Shown here one piece after another: positions 42,925-54,247 of a stretch of DNA of 54,247 nucleotides. Location: contig CAYQZG010000009.1 in NCBI GenBank assembly GCA_964421785.1, forward strand, positions 1 to 54,247, in the 5' to 3' direction. The stretch comes from an uncultured Anaerolineales bacterium. Lineage in GTDB: Bacteria > Chloroflexota > Anaerolineae > B4-G1. The translations under genes and the position numbers were made by a program. Under the pieces are notes generated by a model. It searched no databases. It was not told the origin of the DNA and was given only the letters and a program-made list of their open reading frames with translations. Numbering within the stretch: position 1 is the first letter of the stretch; the number at the start of each line of letters is the position of its first letter.

Positions 42925-44667
42925 TTGCCTGTGTACAACTCTGATATTGTAGAAATCTTCAACAAGGTGGCCGACCTGCTTGAAATTGAAGGCGCCAACC
43001 CGTACCGCGTGCGCGCGTACCGAAGCGCAGCCCGCACGATCTCCACCCTCTCAAGAGACGTGAGCGAGATGGTGATGGAGGGCGAGGATCTGACTGAGTT
43101 GTCGGGCATCGGTGAGGATCTGGCGGGAAAAATCCAAGAGATCGTTGAGACCGGAGATCTCAAGCAGCTGGAGGAGATTGAGCAGCGTACGCCGCCAGAG
43201 CTGGCGAAGATGCTGGATGTGGCCGGCCTAGGACCGAAACGTGTGCAGACGATTTATGAAGAGCTTGGCGTGACGACGATGGACGAGCTTAGGGAGGCGG
43301 CTGCCCAGGGCCATATCCGAGACCTGCATGGATTGGGTCAGAAGACAGAGCAGAAGATCCTGGAGGATCTGGAGCGCCGTAGCGCTGTAAGCGAAGTGGC
43401 ACGCACACGGCGTGACGTTGCCGAGGAGAGAGTTGCACCTCTATTGAATTACCTTCGGGCTATCGATAGCGTCGAGCGAGTGGAGGCTGCAGGCAGCTAC
43501 CGGCGAAAGAAGGAGACTGTAGGTGACCTGGATATGTTGGCCATCAGTGAGGAAGGCGAGGAGGTGATCTCGCAGTTCGTCGATTATGAGGACGTTGAGG
43601 AGATCATCTCCCAGGGCGAGACTCGGTCCACGGTCGTCTTCCGCTCCGGGCTGCACGTCGACCTGCGCGTGGTGGAGGCAGGGAGCTATGGCGCAGCTCT
43701 GCTCTACTTCACCGGTTCCAAGCAGCACAACATCACGCTGCGCAATATGGCCATTGATAAGGATCTGAAGATCAACGAGTACGGCGTGTGGGATACCACC
43801 GCTGAGCGAAGAGAGCAAGAGCGGATCGCGGGAGAGACCGAGGAGGAGATCTACGACATCTTCGACCTGCCCTGGATTCCTCCCGAGTTGCGCGAAGACC
43901 GCGGCGAGGTAGGAGCGGCGCGAAACGGGATGCTCCCCGATCTGATCACCTTGGATGACATCCGAGGCGATCTCCAGTCCCACACCACGGCCAGCGACGG
44001 TCGAGCCTCCCTGAAGGAGATGGCTCAGGCCGCCCAGGCGCTTGGTCGGGAGTATCTGGCCATCACCGACCACTCCGCCTATATCGGCGTGACCCAGGGC
44101 CTGGACGCCGATGAGCTGACCCAGCGGATAGAGGAGATCGAGCAGTTGGATGAGGAGATGGAGGATATCATCCTGTTGAAAAGCATCGAGGTGGACGTCA
44201 TGGAGGACGGTTCCCTGGATCTCCCCGATGGCGTTCTGGAGCAACTTGATCTGGTCGTCTTCGCCGTCCACTCGCACTTCGACCTTCCCGCCGATCGGCA
44301 GACCGAGCGGATCATTCGGGCGATGGACAACCCCAATTGTAACATCCTGGCCCACCCGACCGCTCGTCAGATCGGGAAGCGTCCTGCTTACGACGTCGAG
44401 ATGGGACGCCTGATGAGCGCAGCGCTGGAGCGTGGCTGTTTCCTGGAGCTGAATGGGCAGCCTGATCGGCTCGACTTGGACGACGTACACTGCAAGATGG
44501 CCAAGGATCGGGGCCTGAAGGTCGCCATCTCTACCGATGCACACGGCCCGGAGGAGCTGAGGTTCATGCGGTACGGCGTCCATCAGGCCCGCCGAGGCTG
44601 GCTGGAGCCCGAGGACGTGTTGAACACGAGGAGCTGGGACGAGCTCAAGGAGCTCTTGGAGAGATAG
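42925..44667 (+). CDS. polX: DNA polymerase/3'-5' exonuclease PolX (family X polymerase + PHP domain)
   Basis: The N-terminus is IFNKVADLLEIEGANPYRVRAYRSAA and the Pol-beta NTase motif is GSYRRKKETVGDLDML. The PHP domain begins LQSHTTASDG. The start is TTG after GAGGAGGG. Confidence 0.9.
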   Translation: MPVYNSDIVEIFNKVADLLEIEGANPYRVRAYRSAARTISTLSRDVSEMVMEGEDLTELSGIGEDLAGKIQEIVETGDLKQLEEIEQRTPPELAKMLDVAGLGPKRVQTIYEELGVTTMDELREAAAQGHIRDLHGLGQKTEQKILEDLERRSAVSEVARTRRDVAEERVAPLLNYLRAIDSVERVEAAGSYRRKKETVGDLDMLAISEEGEEVISQFVDYEDVEEIISQGETRSTVVFRSGLHVDLRVVEAGSYGAALLYFTGSKQHNITLRNMAIDKDLKINEYGVWDTTAERREQERIAGETEEEIYDIFDLPWIPPELREDRGEVGAARNGMLPDLITLDDIRGDLQSHTTASDGRASLKEMAQAAQALGREYLAITDHSAYIGVTQGLDADELTQRIEEIEQLDEEMEDIILLKSIEVDVMEDGSLDLPDGVLEQLDLVVFAVHSHFDLPADRQTERIIRAMDNPNCNILAHPTARQIGKRPAYDVEMGRLMSAALERGCFLELNGQPDRLDLDDVHCKMAKDRGLKVAISTDAHGPEELRFMRYGVHQARRGWLEPEDVLNTRSWDELKELLER

Positions 44668-44723
44668 TGGCTCGTGCGGCGAGCAGCTCGCCGCGTGAGC
44701 TGGGCGAAAAGGAGATCATCAAT

Positions 44724-47662
<2,939 letters not shown>

Positions 47663-47664
47663 CG

Positions 47665-48103
47665 CTTGTCGATGTAGTATGGGATGGCAGCCTCCTGCGA
47701 AACTGGGGTATCTACCAAGACGAGATCCTGCCGACGCGCCAGCGTGAGCATAAGCTGGGTATCACGCGCCAGATCCTTGATCTATATGGCAACCTGCCCT
47801 TCATTCTCATCGGGGATAGCGGTGAGGCCGACCCGGAGATCTACTCAGAGCTGGTTCATCAGTATGGTGACCGCATCTTGGCCGTCTATATTCGGAATGT
47901 GAGCAGAGACCTGGAGCACGGGTGACTGCGTCGACCCGGCGGCTGTCCGCGCTTTGGCCGATCAGATCGTCGAAGCCGGGAGCGAGCTGGTGCTGGCCGA
48001 CGACAGCTTGACGATGGCACGGCACGCGGTCAAGCGCGGCTGGATCTCGGAGACGACGCTTCCCGAGATTAGAGCTGATCAGATGAGGGACAAGACGAGA
48101 TGA
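47665..48103 (+). pseudogene. 5'-truncated and frameshifted App1-like (DUF2183) phosphatidate phosphatase remnant
   Basis: Frame 1 reads ...ILDLYGNLPFILIGDSGEADPEIYSELVHQYGDRILAVYIRNVSRDLEHG and stops at 47923-47925. The homology resumes at 47930, one frame over, as VDPAAVRALADQIVEAGSELVLADDSLTMARHAVKRGWI up to the TGA at 48101-48103. There is no N-terminal DxDxT region and no start codon. Confidence 0.6.
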
Positions 48104-48289
48104 GGTCTTCGTCTAGACAGAGGAGACCTACGGAATTCCAACTCTCGACAACCCAATCCAAAGGGAATCTCAACCTACCCCATACGTAGGACAAGGGCTT
48201 TTCTGGTACACTAATGACAGTCTGGACGTGCTGGAGAGGGAAGCAAGAGATCTCCGGTGCTTGATCTACTGTGAAGGGAGGCATGGGTT

Positions 48290-49084
48290 ATGTTACGAAG
48301 AGCAGAAGAGATCTATGGATTGACGATTGAGGCAGCCGACGGTGACGCGGGGCATGTGCAGGATGTCTACTTCGATGATCAGGAATGGATCGTTCGCTAT
48401 ATCGTTGCCGACACAGGTGGTTGGCTGGGTGGGCGACGCGTTCTGCTCTCCCCCTTCACGGTCAGGGGCGTGGATTGGGACAACGGTAGACTCCAAGTTG
48501 GGCTGACGAAGTCGCAGGTGGAGCATAGCCCGGATATCGATCTGGATAAGCCGGTCTCCAAACAGCAGGTTGTCGAGCTACACGAGTACTACGGCTGGCC
48601 CGCCTACTGGGGTGGGAGCGCCATGGTAGGCACCGCGACGCCCGGTGTCTATCCGATGATCCTGGCTGCCGCGAATCAGGTGGAGGAGGAGATGAAAGAG
48701 CAAGGTCCGAGCGAAAAGCACCGCGGCGATCCCCATCTGCGCAGTGCCAGAGCGGTGACCGGCTATGATATCGATGCTCTCGACGGGGAGATCGGTCACC
48801 TGGAGGATTACTTCGTCGATGACAAGGACTGGATCATACGCTACCTGCTGGTGGACACACGGGACTGGCTGCTCGGTCGCGAGGTGTTGATCTCGCCGAC
48901 CTGGATCGAACGCGTGAATTGGGCCGAGACGGCGGTGCACGTAGCGCTGACTCAGGCTCAGGTTGAAGCCAGTCCGGAGTACGACGCCGAGGAACCGCCC
49001 GGTCGTGAATACGAAGTACTGTTACATAGGCACTACGGCTATCCGGGCTATTGGGTACAGGTGGACGTGCGCGAAAGCAAGTAG
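48290..49084 (+). CDS. tandem PRC-barrel domain protein
   Basis: Two repeats follow the PRC-barrel pattern: G.TIEAADGDAGHVQDVYFDDQEWIVRYIVADTGGWLGGRRVLLSP and GYDIDALDGEIGHLEDYFVDDKDWIIRYLLVDTRDWLLGREVLISP. Confidence 0.75.
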   Translation: MLRRAEEIYGLTIEAADGDAGHVQDVYFDDQEWIVRYIVADTGGWLGGRRVLLSPFTVRGVDWDNGRLQVGLTKSQVEHSPDIDLDKPVSKQQVVELHEYYGWPAYWGGSAMVGTATPGVYPMILAAANQVEEEMKEQGPSEKHRGDPHLRSARAVTGYDIDALDGEIGHLEDYFVDDKDWIIRYLLVDTRDWLLGREVLISPTWIERVNWAETAVHVALTQAQVEASPEYDAEEPPGREYEVLLHRHYGYPGYWVQVDVRESK

Positions 49085-49133
49085 GTCTTAGCGCAGCGAG
49101 GCTGAATGACTCATGAGTGGCGAAGGGAAAGTA

Positions 49134-49478
49134 ATGCCAGACATCAAGACAGAGCTTGACTTCGAGTTCTATAGCGAGGACTTGCCTAACCCAGGTCTGG
49201 AGGATGACCTGTGGGCGGAGGCTTGGAACGGCGTTCAAGCACTGGCCAAAGGGCATAGTGATATGATTGGTGCATCGGCCGCCGTCGAGAGGGTCGAGCA
49301 TCGCGAGACGCCACACGTCTATCAGGGGCGCATCGTGGCGTATATCAAGCCCGAGAACATCGTGGTCAAGGAGAAGGCCGACAAGCCTATGGCTGCGCTC
49401 CAGCAAGCGCTCAATGCCCTGGAGCGGCAGGTGCGCAAGAGGAGGGAGAAGCGCAGCAAACCGTGGGAGAAACCCTAG
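49134..49478 (+). CDS. HPF/RaiA (S30AE)-like ribosome-associated protein, putative
   Basis: The C-terminal pattern EKADKPMAALQQALNALERQVRKRREK resembles the alpha2 helix and tail of hibernation factors. This is a weak by-eye call. The start is ATG 49134 or 49113. Confidence 0.45.
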   Translation: MPDIKTELDFEFYSEDLPNPGLEDDLWAEAWNGVQALAKGHSDMIGASAAVERVEHRETPHVYQGRIVAYIKPENIVVKEKADKPMAALQQALNALERQVRKRREKRSKPWEKP

Positions 49479-49602
49479 AGTCGGCTGTGTGGAACCTGTT
49501 GTTGTGATGAGGATCTTGGTCCTTGCGGCTTGATCGACTCCAGACATCTTATTCGACACCAGGGATGACTAGATCAGCATGAGAAGAGAGGAGTAGACTA
49601 CG

Positions 49603-50160
49603 ATGGCGAAGACTTACACGTATACGGCGAGAAGCGCCGAGAATCCGGAGCAGGTGGTAACATTCACCTTGCGCGATTCTCGGATGTCCGTCGGAGTGGG
49701 AGCGCCGCTGGAGCAGGTGGAGCGCGCGATCCAGCTGGGCCGTGGCGAGAAGGAAACCGAGGGGGAGCAGGTCGAGGAAGGAGCCGAGCTCGAGGTGAGA
49801 GAGGCCGAGAGACCGAAACTCTGGCTGCGGCCGATGGCCGTCTCGCTCATCGAGCGGAGCACGCGTCCGGTTCACGTTGATGACGTGGTCGCCAAGCTGA
49901 CTGACGATTGGCTACAGGTGAAGGCTTGGATCCGGACCGGTGGGCTGCGCCTGATCCCCATCACGCTGATCGACGGTCGGGTCGACAATCCGGTCGCGGC
50001 TCAGGACTTCGTGGAGGAGGTCCAGGAGCGTAAGACAGTCACCGGATTGAACCTGTTGGACCTATTCGACTACTGGGCCACGTGGATCGTGGCCGGCATC
50101 TTGGCTCTGGTGATGTTCCAGAAGTGGCGTCGGAAGGGCAGTGAGAAGAGCGAGGCCTAG
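49603..50160 (+). CDS. hypothetical protein with a C-terminal transmembrane anchor
   Basis: 185-aa ORF with a GAGGAG RBS. It has an acidic central stretch and a C-terminal helix WATWIVAGILALVMF. No family recognised. Confidence 0.5.
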   Translation: MAKTYTYTARSAENPEQVVTFTLRDSRMSVGVGAPLEQVERAIQLGRGEKETEGEQVEEGAELEVREAERPKLWLRPMAVSLIERSTRPVHVDDVVAKLTDDWLQVKAWIRTGGLRLIPITLIDGRVDNPVAAQDFVEEVQERKTVTGLNLLDLFDYWATWIVAGILALVMFQKWRRKGSEKSEA

Positions 50161-50301
50161 CACACGACGGCGGACGTCCATCGCCACATATAAGCTTGCC
50201 ATAGATCATCTGACCCGATTGCCAAATCGCGAATGGTGTTCAGGAGCGAGGCTGCTCAAAAACGCTCCGGGCCTACACGATGACGGGAGTACGACCAATC
50301 A

Positions 50302-53160
50302 ATGAGTTCCAAAGATCAAGATCAGTTCCAGCCGGATGACCCATCTGAGCCTGCGTCGGCGACCGAGGATGCCGACAAGCCCGCTATGGAGGATGACGTC
50401 GAAAACGACGGTAGGAACGGTGTTGTGAAACCCTGGGCCCGCACCATTGACGAGGTTCTGGAGGCACAGGACGTCTCTGTCGATGAAGGCCTTCAGCCGA
50501 AGGAGATCAAGAGAAGACGCCAGCGTTACGGACGCAATCGTCTCCGTTCCGCGGAGGTGCGAAGTGCGTGGGACATACTCCTTGAGCAGTTCAAGAGCGT
50601 GATCGTCGCGCTTCTCGCAGCAGCGGCAGTCATCTCCTTTGCCTTCGGCGAGGTGGTGGAGGGCATTGCCATCGGCGTGGTGGTCCTGATCAACGCGGCG
50701 ATCGGTTTCGTCACCGAGCTTCGGGCCGTGCGGTCGATGGAGGCACTGCAAGAGTTGAGCCAGGTCAGCGCCAAGGTCCGCCGCGATGGGCAAGCGAAGG
50801 AAGTCCCTGCCGAGGACCTCGTTCCGGGCGATATCGTACTGCTGGATGGCGGGGACGTGGTGACGGCCGATATGCGGCTGGCGGAGGCCTCCAAGCTGCA
50901 GGCGAATGAATCCGCGCTGACTGGCGAGTCCGTGCCGGTGAGCAAGCAGACCGACCCTGTTGGCGAGGAGACACCCCTGGCCGAGCGTCCGAGCATGCTC
51001 TTCAAAGGCACCGCGGTGACGCGGGGCTCGGGCAAGGGGGTGGTCGTGGCCACCGGCATGGACACGGAGCTGGGTCACATTTCGTCTCTCGTGGAGGAGG
51101 CGGAGGAGGAGATCACGCCTCTGGAGAGGCGGCTTGGCGAACTGGGGCACCGCCTGATCTGGATCACCCTGGGTATTGCAGCCTTGGTGACTCTCTCAGG
51201 TGCGCTGAGCGGGAGAGACCTGTTACTCATGATCCGTTCGGGTATTGCACTGGCGGTGGCGAGCGTGCCGGAGGGTCTGCCCATCGTAGCCACTGTGGCA
51301 CTGGCGCGAGGTATGTGGCGTATGGCGCGTCGGAATGCGGTGGTCAATCGGCTATCTGCAGTGGAGACGCTGGGCTCGACGAACGTGATCCTCACCGATA
51401 AGACAGGGACGCTGACCGAGAACCGCATGACGGTCAGATCAGTCTTGCTGCCCTCTGCTGAGGATACCACGGCTCAGATTGACGTCAGCGGCGAAGGGCT
51501 TGAGCTAGAGGGCGCATTCAGTCGCGATGATCACACGGTAGATCCGGAGCAGCACGAGCTTCTGCACCGCTCACTGGAAGTCGGCGTGTTGTGCAACAAC
51601 GCGGCACTGCAGAGGGATGAGGGCGCTGGGCGCCACGATGACGAGGTCTCGGCCGTTGGTGAGCCGACCGAGGTTGCGTTGTTGGTGGTCGGGGCCAAAG
51701 CCGGCATCGACCGCGGTGAGGCCACCAACGAGATGCCAGAGGTCCGAGAGGTAGCGTTCGATCCAGAGATCAACATGATGGCTACTTTCCACGAGCGGCG
51801 GGATGGGGGAAACGACAGCTACCTGGTGGCGGTGAAGGGCGCTCTGGAAGCCGTCATCCATGCCTCCACGCACGTCCTGACGGAGGAAGGCAAGCGCGAG
51901 CTGACGGATGAGGTGCGGGAGAGATGGATCGAGCGGAACCGGGAGATGGCGGAGCAGGGGCTGCGCGTCATCGCGATGGCCAGCAGATTCGGCGAGTCGT
52001 CGGACGAGGATCCCTACCAGAAGCTGACCTTTCTTGGCCTCCAGGCGTTGTTGGACCCGCCCCGTGGTGACGTGCGGGATTCGATCAAAGAGGCGCAGGA
52101 TGCCGGGGTGAAAGTCGTCATGGTCACGGGCGACCAACCGGCCACAGCCCGCAACGTCGCGCACGCCGTTGGCCTGGTGGATGAAAGCGACGCCGTCGCT
52201 GTGCCTACAGTGATTCATGGCGGCGACCTTGCCGATCTCACCAGCATGGACGAGAAAGAGCGAGAGCGCGTTCTGCGAGCGCCGATCCTCGCGCGGGTCA
52301 GTCCGGAGCAGAAACTGAACTTGATCGCGCTCCACCAGGAGAACGATGCCATTGTAGCGATGACGGGGGACGGCGTGAACGACGCGCCCGCGCTTAAGAA
52401 GGCGGACATCGGCGTGGCGATGGGGCAGCGGGGCACGCAGGTGGCGAAGGAGGCGGCCGACATGGTGCTGAAGGACGATCGCTTCTCGACGATTGTCGCT
52501 GCCATTCAGCAAGGGCGCACGATTTTCAACAACATCCGTAAGTTTGTGCTTTATCTGCTGTCGTGTAACGTGGCCGAGATCATGATCGTTGGATTGGCCT
52601 CTCTGGTGAACGCGCCGTTGCCAATCCTGCCACTGCAGATTCTGTTTCTCAATCTGGTCACAGACGTCTTCCCTGCGTTGGCTTTGGGGGTGGGTCGAGG
52701 GGACCCTCACGTTATGAGGCGTCCTCCACGCGATCCCGATGAGCAAGTGCTGATGCGCCAACACTGGATGGGGATCGTGGGCTACAGCTCGGTGATCAGC
52801 GTCGCGGTGCTGGGCGCGCTGGCGATCTCGGTGCTCTGGCTGGGTATGAGCGAGGCTCGCGCGGTCACGATCTCATTTCTCACGCTGGCCTTCGCGCAGT
52901 TGTGGCACGTGTTCAACATGCGCGACCACGACACCGGCGTGATCGACAACGACATCGTCCAGAACCCCTGGGTCTGGGGGGCGTTGGCGCTGTGTACGTT
53001 GCTGCTTCTCCTGGCGGTCTACCTGCCGGGCTTCGCCAATCTACTCCAGGTGCAGAAACCGGGTATTGAGGGCTGGGCCTTGATCATCGGCACAAGCCTG
53101 ATCCCTTGGGTCGTGGGCCTGATCGTCAAGGCCTTCGATGGCATGCAAATAACGACTTGA
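50302..53160 (+). CDS. cation-translocating P-type ATPase, type II (Ca2+-ATPase-like)
   Basis: Motifs LTGESVPV, DKTGTLTEN and TGDGVNDAPALKKADIGVAMG are present, with 10 predicted TM segments. Confidence 0.9.
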   Translation: MSSKDQDQFQPDDPSEPASATEDADKPAMEDDVENDGRNGVVKPWARTIDEVLEAQDVSVDEGLQPKEIKRRRQRYGRNRLRSAEVRSAWDILLEQFKSVIVALLAAAAVISFAFGEVVEGIAIGVVVLINAAIGFVTELRAVRSMEALQELSQVSAKVRRDGQAKEVPAEDLVPGDIVLLDGGDVVTADMRLAEASKLQANESALTGESVPVSKQTDPVGEETPLAERPSMLFKGTAVTRGSGKGVVVATGMDTELGHISSLVEEAEEEITPLERRLGELGHRLIWITLGIAALVTLSGALSGRDLLLMIRSGIALAVASVPEGLPIVATVALARGMWRMARRNAVVNRLSAVETLGSTNVILTDKTGTLTENRMTVRSVLLPSAEDTTAQIDVSGEGLELEGAFSRDDHTVDPEQHELLHRSLEVGVLCNNAALQRDEGAGRHDDEVSAVGEPTEVALLVVGAKAGIDRGEATNEMPEVREVAFDPEINMMATFHERRDGGNDSYLVAVKGALEAVIHASTHVLTEEGKRELTDEVRERWIERNREMAEQGLRVIAMASRFGESSDEDPYQKLTFLGLQALLDPPRGDVRDSIKEAQDAGVKVVMVTGDQPATARNVAHAVGLVDESDAVAVPTVIHGGDLADLTSMDEKERERVLRAPILARVSPEQKLNLIALHQENDAIVAMTGDGVNDAPALKKADIGVAMGQRGTQVAKEAADMVLKDDRFSTIVAAIQQGRTIFNNIRKFVLYLLSCNVAEIMIVGLASLVNAPLPILPLQILFLNLVTDVFPALALGVGRGDPHVMRRPPRDPDEQVLMRQHWMGIVGYSSVISVAVLGALAISVLWLGMSEARAVTISFLTLAFAQLWHVFNMRDHDTGVIDNDIVQNPWVWGALALCTLLLLLAVYLPGFANLLQVQKPGIEGWALIIGTSLIPWVVGLIVKAFDGMQITT

Positions 53161-53217
53161 TAGTTGCTGCAATATACCGACGTATGATAACACAAGGAAG
53201 GAAGGAGGAGAGAGAAG

Positions 53218-54247
53218 TTGCTGTTGTCCCGATCGGAACTTGAGGGCTTGACGCGTACGTACGACGAGCATCACGTCTCAATCTACATGCCTACCTACAA
53301 AGCGGGTGATGAGGTTCTGCAGAACTCGGTGCGCTTCAAGAACCTGCTTGACCGGGCGGAGGAACAGTTGACCGAATTGGGCGTGCGGCGGCCGGCTGTC
53401 GAGGCGTTGCTCGGCGGCCGCCGCTCGGCGCGGGCGCTGGCGGAGGACGAGATATTCTGGCAGCAGCAGCGTGATGGGCTGGCCGTGTTTGTGGCAGATG
53501 GTTTTGCCCGCAAATATCGGCTGCCGCTGGAGTTTGAGGACTTGGTCGTCGTAAGCGACCGTTTCCATACCAAGCCACTGCTGCGCGTCTTGAGCAACAA
53601 CGGCCGCTTCTACGTGCTGGCCCTGAGCCAGCACGAGACTCGGCTGTTCCAGGGTACGCGCTACCGAATCTGCGAGATCAACCTAGACGACAGAGAGCAA
53701 GTGCCCGAATCGATCGTTGATATTCTGAAATGGGAGGACCCAGAGAAGCGACTTCAGATTCACACCGGCACCGGGGCGGTGCTCGATGGGGGTGTGGAGG
53801 CCATCTTTCACGGCCATGGGGTCGCCAGTCAGGACGACCCAAAGGAAAAAATCCTGCGCTACTTCCAACGCTTGGATCAGGGAATCACCAATCTGCTGGC
53901 GGGTGACGATGCTCCCCTTGTCCTGGCGGCGGATGATTTCCTGCTGCCGCTCTATCGCGATGCAAATGCGTACCCTCATTTACTCAAGGAGGGCATAGCC
54001 GAGCAACCCGAGCAGCTGGGGGCTGAAGAGCTGCATCGGCGTGCCTGGTCGATCGTGCGCCCCCGTTTCTCCAAGGCACAGGAGCAAGCTGAGGCCGCCT
54101 ACCAACACCTGAAGGGCACGGACAGTGAGAGGGCATCGGAAGAGGTCGAAGAGGTTGTGCGAATGGCCTCCTTTGGGCGTGTCGAGGGTCTCTTCGTCGC
54201 CAGGGACGAGCAAGTGTGGGGGACTTTCGAAGCTGACACCGGCGCGA
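53218..54247 (+). CDS. bacterial eRF1-like (baeRF-type) protein, 3'-partial at window end
   Basis: I translated this frame by hand. It is open from TTG 53218 (GGAGGAG RBS) to the window end with no stop, and it is absent from the ORF track because no stop is reached. The N-terminal pattern HVSIYMPTYKAGDEVLQNSVRFKNLLDRAEEQL recalls baeRF-family proteins. Family call is tentative. Confidence 0.55.
   Translation, partial: MLLSRSELEGLTRTYDEHHVSIYMPTYKAGDEVLQNSVRFKNLLDRAEEQLTELGVRRPAVEALLGGRRSARALAEDEIFWQQQRDGLAVFVADGFARKYRLPLEFEDLVVVSDRFHTKPLLRVLSNNGRFYVLALSQHETRLFQGTRYRICEINLDDREQVPESIVDILKWEDPEKRLQIHTGTGAVLDGGVEAIFHGHGVASQDDPKEKILRYFQRLDQGITNLLAGDDAPLVLAADDFLLPLYRDANAYPHLLKEGIAEQPEQLGAEELHRRAWSIVRPRFSKAQEQAEAAYQHLKGTDSERASEEVEEVVRMASFGRVEGLFVARDEQVWGTFEADTGA

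Overview
This is a visibly GC-rich bacterial chromosomal window. Gene content and repeat style look Chloroflexota-like, but I could not verify taxonomy. I call 35 protein-coding genes (one runs off the 3' end), 1 pseudogene, 1 tandem glycine riboswitch, 2 copies of a ~165-bp MITE, four families of short palindromic REP-like repeats, several near-consensus sigma70-type promoters and 2 intrinsic terminators. I recognised no tRNA, rRNA or CRISPR array. Layout: (i) 0.5-9.0 kb holds parts of a peptide/nickel-type ABC importer, an amine-dehydrogenase-like gene, and a single-ORF SHMT-GcvT fusion. (ii) 9.1-13.0 kb is a minus-strand operon (class-V aminotransferase, 2-hydroxyacid dehydrogenase, DUF1015) behind a promoter, tandem glycine riboswitch and terminator. 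(iii) 14.9-27.1 kb holds ten co-directional, tightly coupled envelope-glycan-type genes: UbiA prenyltransferase, beta-lactamase-fold hydrolase, NTase-like protein, B12-radical SAM, Wzy/O-antigen-ligase-like protein, FG-GAP protein, anchored unknown, GT39/ArnT-like GT-C, flippase and SAM methyltransferase. (iv) 27.3-33.6 kb holds an orphan OmpR-type regulator, an MgtC/DUF4010 protein, an HtrA plus AmmeMemoRadiSam-type radical SAM pair bracketed by two MITE copies, and a tandem USP. (v) 33.5-42.7 kb is a 3053-aa cyclic beta-1,2-glucan-synthase-like gene. (vi) 42.9-47.7 kb holds PolX, rhomboid and LigA. (vii) 47.7-54.2 kb holds an App1-like pseudogene, a PRC-barrel protein, an HPF-like protein, a membrane protein, a P-type ATPase and a partial eRF1-like (baeRF-type) gene. 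The items most worth a second look are the glycine riboswitch driving a non-gcv operon convergent with the SHMT-GcvT fusion, palindromic repeat elements sitting in frame inside coding sequences (the Wzy-like gene and twice in the giant glucan synthase), the IS630-style MITE pair flanking the HtrA/radical-SAM pair, and the 12-kb glycan cluster. All functional calls come from motif recognition by eye. No database search was run.
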